Source of the DNA: a virus
Virus record (IMG/VR): IMGVR_UViG_3300009702_000017
Location: 100,315 to 121,050 of that record
Length of the DNA: 20,736 nucleotides
Direction: 5' to 3' (one strand)
Part shown: positions 19,601 to 20,736 of the stretch, piece by piece
Layout: each line of letters starts with the position of its first letter
Numbering within the stretch: position 1 is the first letter of the stretch
Program-made: the position numbers and the translations under genes
Notes under the pieces: generated by a model
What the model saw: the letters and a program-made list of their open reading frames with translations, nothing else
Told to the model about the DNA's origin: nothing
Database searches by the model: none

Positions 19601-20330
19601 TGTTGATTGCACCAGGAGGAACGTTACCATTAGATCCCTTTGTTTTTGCTACAACCAATACATTTGATACAGTCATCTCACCATCAGGAATGATTGCATC
19701 ATACTTGGTCTCGTAGATGATTGCGTTAGCTGCATTGCCATTGGCTGTTTGAGCCTGTGTACCAGCTGCTATCAATCTGTCTCCACCCTGTCCAACGACC
19801 ACCGTCTCATCTGCGTTGTGAGCACGGGCAGTGGCAGTCGAAAGAGTGATAATCCAATAATCGCCAGAGTTGGTCACGGATGTATAAGCAAGCGGGCCCT
19901 CATAGTTCTCTGTACCAAAGCCAATGTATACGGTTCCAGTGGCGGGAAAGGTCGAGGCGTCCTTGACGTAGATATCCGTTGTCCCTACGACTGGAAGAGG
20001 CTGGCCCGCGTACACAGTCGAGTAGAGCTTGGTGTAGGTGCTATCGGTGATAGTGACATACCCATATGCCGCAGTCTGCTTCGTTGGAGGGTAAGCCTGA
20101 GCGATGTCCCTATTGTACAAGGCGGTGCCAGTAGCACGGTCAAGAGACTGGGCATTGAGTAGCTGGAAGATGTCCTGGGTGTCGTGTGTGTCCGACTGCG
20201 CCGCCGCCTCGATGAGAGCCAGGATAGGGCTGCCCACCTGGAGGCTGGGAATCCCATACCTCGACAGGAAAGAATCAATCATGTCCTGACGGATCTGTGC
20301 GTAGGAGCGTGGCGTGGGGTAGTCTGCCAT
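13683..20330 (-). CDS. Giant baseplate J-like (gp6-type) wedge protein with an inserted Kelch propeller, 2215 aa
   Basis: N-terminal J-like motifs RSYAQIRQDMI..GSPILALIEAAA, SLDRATGTAL, GSNGNVPPGAIN, VTNPLRFSNGRDAETIEEYRDR. C-terminal VRGAVASEINRSGVGKSITISDLVAAATTVNGVESV. About 7 Kelch repeats at about 17060-18115. Confidence 0.88.
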   Translation of the reverse strand: MADYPTPRSYAQIRQDMIDSFLSRYGIPSLQVGSPILALIEAAAQSDTHDTQDIFQLLNAQSLDRATGTALYNRDIAQAYPPTKQTAAYGYVTITDSTYTKLYSTVYAGQPLPVVGTTDIYVKDASTFPATGTVYIGFGTENYEGPLAYTSVTNSGDYWIITLSTATARAHNADETVVVGQGGDRLIAAGTQAQTANGNAANAIIYETKYDAIIPDGEMTVSNVLVVAKTKGSNGNVPPGAINSFVADPFTGAIVTNPLRFSNGRDAETIEEYRDRLRTIEASRVIGGVDSAIEYGVLGLTSSTDNKRITSSKLVKRVGEPTVLYIDDGNGYEPSYDAIPSEPLVEAAVGGEQYFKLSNVPVAKAFVQSISSAPFTLTAGAQLRVIVGDAIAVHYFEAADFRDIGAATAYEIAASINRDNTLAFGARTVNSGTQVALFSKAHTNEYLKVTTAETAYTDANDALGFTTTLTDTLWLYRNDVLLSRDGKTATLMGNSFSEWKALIGNQTLTLSVDGTASTTYTITDQDFVDAGTKFTSVGPNSLDAWASVLNYVIPGVTVTVNGNTLLMKSNLANSFRSKLIVSGGTLINNGVFNVAVSIGKNSDYTLDRFSGDIKLKTPLNAGDSLSVGTANIRQFIESGTITGAPLTSDLSMWFVVDGGGAVVNTGITASTSFTGGVHSYERWGYRYRLTASSGAPFLNVRAGDWMIVWDFTAPDVLRGSHRVAYVDALGTYIDIEIRGLNALRAGHTFTKIATDKGLAVGGITGTTITEEYDHTTLTWTAVGSLANARYDHTATLLNTGKVLVTGGFTNADSGAVQATDTCELYDPTTKTWSLAAPLPIALAQHRATLLGDGTVLVTGGVANDTATTANNYSSVGYVYDPTTNTWSAAIPMVNARANHSQVLLPNGDALIAGGEISPSDPISTCEIYSHTAGTFSSTGALNTPRSLFGMAVLASGDVVAAGGIGWIGTITTLTSVETYSITGGTWTTSANSLNHSRYDFDLLVDATTSSLYAMGGGASTALVEIQTDGSGTGPWAVGSYANNLTPNYIIGARSAYIDTALLMMVGGRADFANQTLGVATSEILDTSQNQFQHDIGRMVGAFINGGIAFARTDKALQMTTLGGGLGYLAPTIAEYINRSINGAFAYVHNTASLRVRTNTFGSHGDVALVAATDTTPIALSPATAQVSDNGTYAYVRGDDTRTPHFFFNNVLGVNSAGVSVYNFSSDAAVQNLYAIREDMVLKGLKNTPYYPTQTGDIERYGSLVGYESAIASITPEAVNYGCSFLTLRTPFGTTLPHDRIELVHPYAISPDDTLNLMVDGSHSFSVPMGVKVSPTSATYGNTNSYVDAATGLTLANTFGDSFDFNDWAVFMHSRTVSHSTDPTLATLWRYSRLGADGDTARMYFDYPTAPNKALTISIDGTSATAAEHTDIAVILPSGAEKTSATINATTKFGLSFHGTSADYTKLTLVSGFSAASASRTGSTVTLTLTLPSTAFATVTDAGLGTGVAFYLNSSDANFPSGLYTTQAGTTGATVVYNDGGTATTTGTAIGTITPGYSETLLPTLAANDLVYFDDNSHVDVNVRGTVVQLVNVGSQYAQGYTRTQVTGNGVVTWGNDGVGGGSTSPLLTFFPLDTAGCGISTIISSVAAISYAPMTGTFVGTTPTGSVLHSTNDAFTAYRSYYSFADGINWVQTTTAPGTNYSLSFKRSVDASLAGSSVDWFNENIYLVPILPASIVAYMGLPSVSGLPSVGEVSYANGSVQLSSLTLGSEGSIQTDGGTANIAVANLYGTPTFGYSNGDLGYASILIPNEQALPFHAGDMVEVANNTAAQKATFTTATTLSRITPDGKVTLTNAFRTTTASMISTRIRVEKHGKYMAYFIYDAAGTTVGSEGDYVTISTPTSGTALSSSNQGTFPVVRSVSKIPGMHGFWIENPNGVEEDEVYVNATFYNQASLMPGDQIHIEDDFWGSGNKGTWTVLSIDSTYNFSVDVSNRPMASVSGSPGALGTHVDSIYVTEGTPNKLVKHIHSIFPSTDGLHTFLKFDTDNGLTRISENNDATVTSLDKLSFNTSLHLGTDGYKAGTGLLEEATKTIYGDLDNPAYPGLLASGADVLIDGPLIHNIKISLLVRTWTSVDRTNIENSVRGAVASEINRSGVGKSITISDLVAAATTVNGVESVVVLSPSYNSGNDLISVQAYEKPVTLNPTTDITIKFVGD
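17060..18115 (-). repeat. About seven Kelch repeats inside the baseplate J-like gene
   Basis: For example LANARYDHTATLLNTGKVLVTGG..ELYDPTTKTWS, QHRATLLGDGTVLVTGG..YDPTTNTWS and ARANHSQVLLPNGDALIAGG. Confidence 0.9.
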
Positions 20331-20335
20331 GCCTC

Positions 20336-20349
20336 ATAGATTGTGGCTA
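20336..20349 (-). promoter_or_regulatory. Candidate late promoter TAGCCACAATCTAT heading the baseplate operon
   Basis: Ends 5 nt before ATG 20330; identical to 8025-8038. Confidence 0.65.
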
Positions 20350-20359
20350 TGAAATTTTT

Positions 20360-20374
20360 CTCGCTGTATATAAT
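20360..20374 (+). promoter_or_regulatory. CTCGCTGTATATA motif (copy 2), overlapping a TATAAT
   Basis: 13-mer at 20360-20372 with ATG at 20377; TATAAT at 20369-20374 without a recognisable -35. Confidence 0.55.
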
Positions 20375-20482
20375 GTATGCGAGTGCAACCACCTCTACTA
20401 GCCAGTTGGTGGATCCCTATCCCAGCTTCGTCATCGTGGCGATTCCTTCTGTCTGGGCGTGGGCTTGTCCTGAGGAACAAAA

Positions 20483-20680
20483 ATGATTGTCATACACCAC
20501 ATCAACGGAACCGAAATCTATACCAGCCAAGCAACTACTAACGCCAAGAAGGCTCTTGAGGAGGGAGTCAAGAAGGGGTTTTCTTTCAAGAGTGCCGATC
20601 TGGTTGGTGCCTATCTGAAGTATGCCAATCTGGCTGGTGCCGATCTGGAGGGTGCCGATCTGGAAGGGCAGTGGCTGTAA
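20483..20680 (+). CDS. Short pentapeptide-repeat protein, possibly truncated
   Basis: GAGGA RBS. Repeats SADLV GAYLK YANLA GADLE GADLE follow an N-terminal leader of the kind seen in phage pentapeptide proteins. Confidence 0.75.
   Translation: MIVIHHINGTEIYTSQATTNAKKALEEGVKKGFSFKSADLVGAYLKYANLAGADLEGADLEGQWL
20591..20665 (+). repeat. Five imperfect 15-bp tandem repeats (NNTGCCNATCTGNNN)
   Basis: agtgccgatctggtt ggtgcctatctgaag tatgccaatctggct ggtgccgatctggag ggtgccgatctggaa. Confidence 0.9.
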
Positions 20681-20688
20681 AAAATACC

Positions 20689-20717
20689 TTGACACCTATC
20701 TCAAAATGAAGTACATT
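20689..20717 (+). promoter_or_regulatory. Sigma70-type promoter, probably giving a leaderless transcript
   Basis: TTGACA (20689-20694), 17-bp spacer, TACATT (20712-20717), 6 nt, then ATG 20724 with no SD; A-tract upstream. Confidence 0.8.
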
Positions 20718-20736
20718 GTATCCATGATGACGAACA

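Noticed and set aside
5903-20289. Many plus-strand and alternate-frame ORFs overlapping the long minus-strand genes
   Set aside because: They are antisense or off-frame shadows of T/V/A/G-rich genes, with no RBS or recognisable motifs.
8036-20330. Canonical Afp/PVC-type eCIS or T6SS locus
   Set aside because: No sheath, VgrG/PAAR or ATPase gene is in the window, and the flanking small coupled ORFs and promoters are phage-like.
20373-20541. Small ORF from ATG 20373 (37 aa, coupled to 20483) or from ATG 20377 (54 aa)
   Set aside because: Two conflicting frames, no SD and no motif; neither can be supported as a CDS.
20591-20665. CRISPR-like or DGR-like repeat
   Set aside because: These are contiguous in-frame 15-bp coding repeats with no spacers. 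No cas gene, reverse transcriptase or TR/VR pair was seen in the window.

Overview
Part of a large myovirus-type (contractile-tail) phage or prophage genome. A long minus-strand late block (about 1982-20330) encodes, in transcription order: a giant 2215-aa baseplate-J-like wedge protein and a 1170-aa second wedge-like protein (each with an inserted Kelch beta-propeller), Ig-like and other virion proteins, a tube-fold protein, a tail fibre, an M15C endolysin, a secreted protein, an HExxH lipoprotein and three small fibre/decoration proteins. Plus-strand small accessory genes flank it on the left (1-1985, convergent) and right (from about 20370, divergent). The most striking feature is asymmetric: accessory genes carry many frameshifts, a nonsense codon and apparent truncations, while about 18 kb of structural and lysis ORFs are intact. 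Two recurring candidate promoter motifs (AATCTA before late genes; CTCGCTGTATATA-N4-ATG) and a near-consensus leaderless sigma70 promoter are visible. Family assignments come from recognising motifs by eye; no searches were run.
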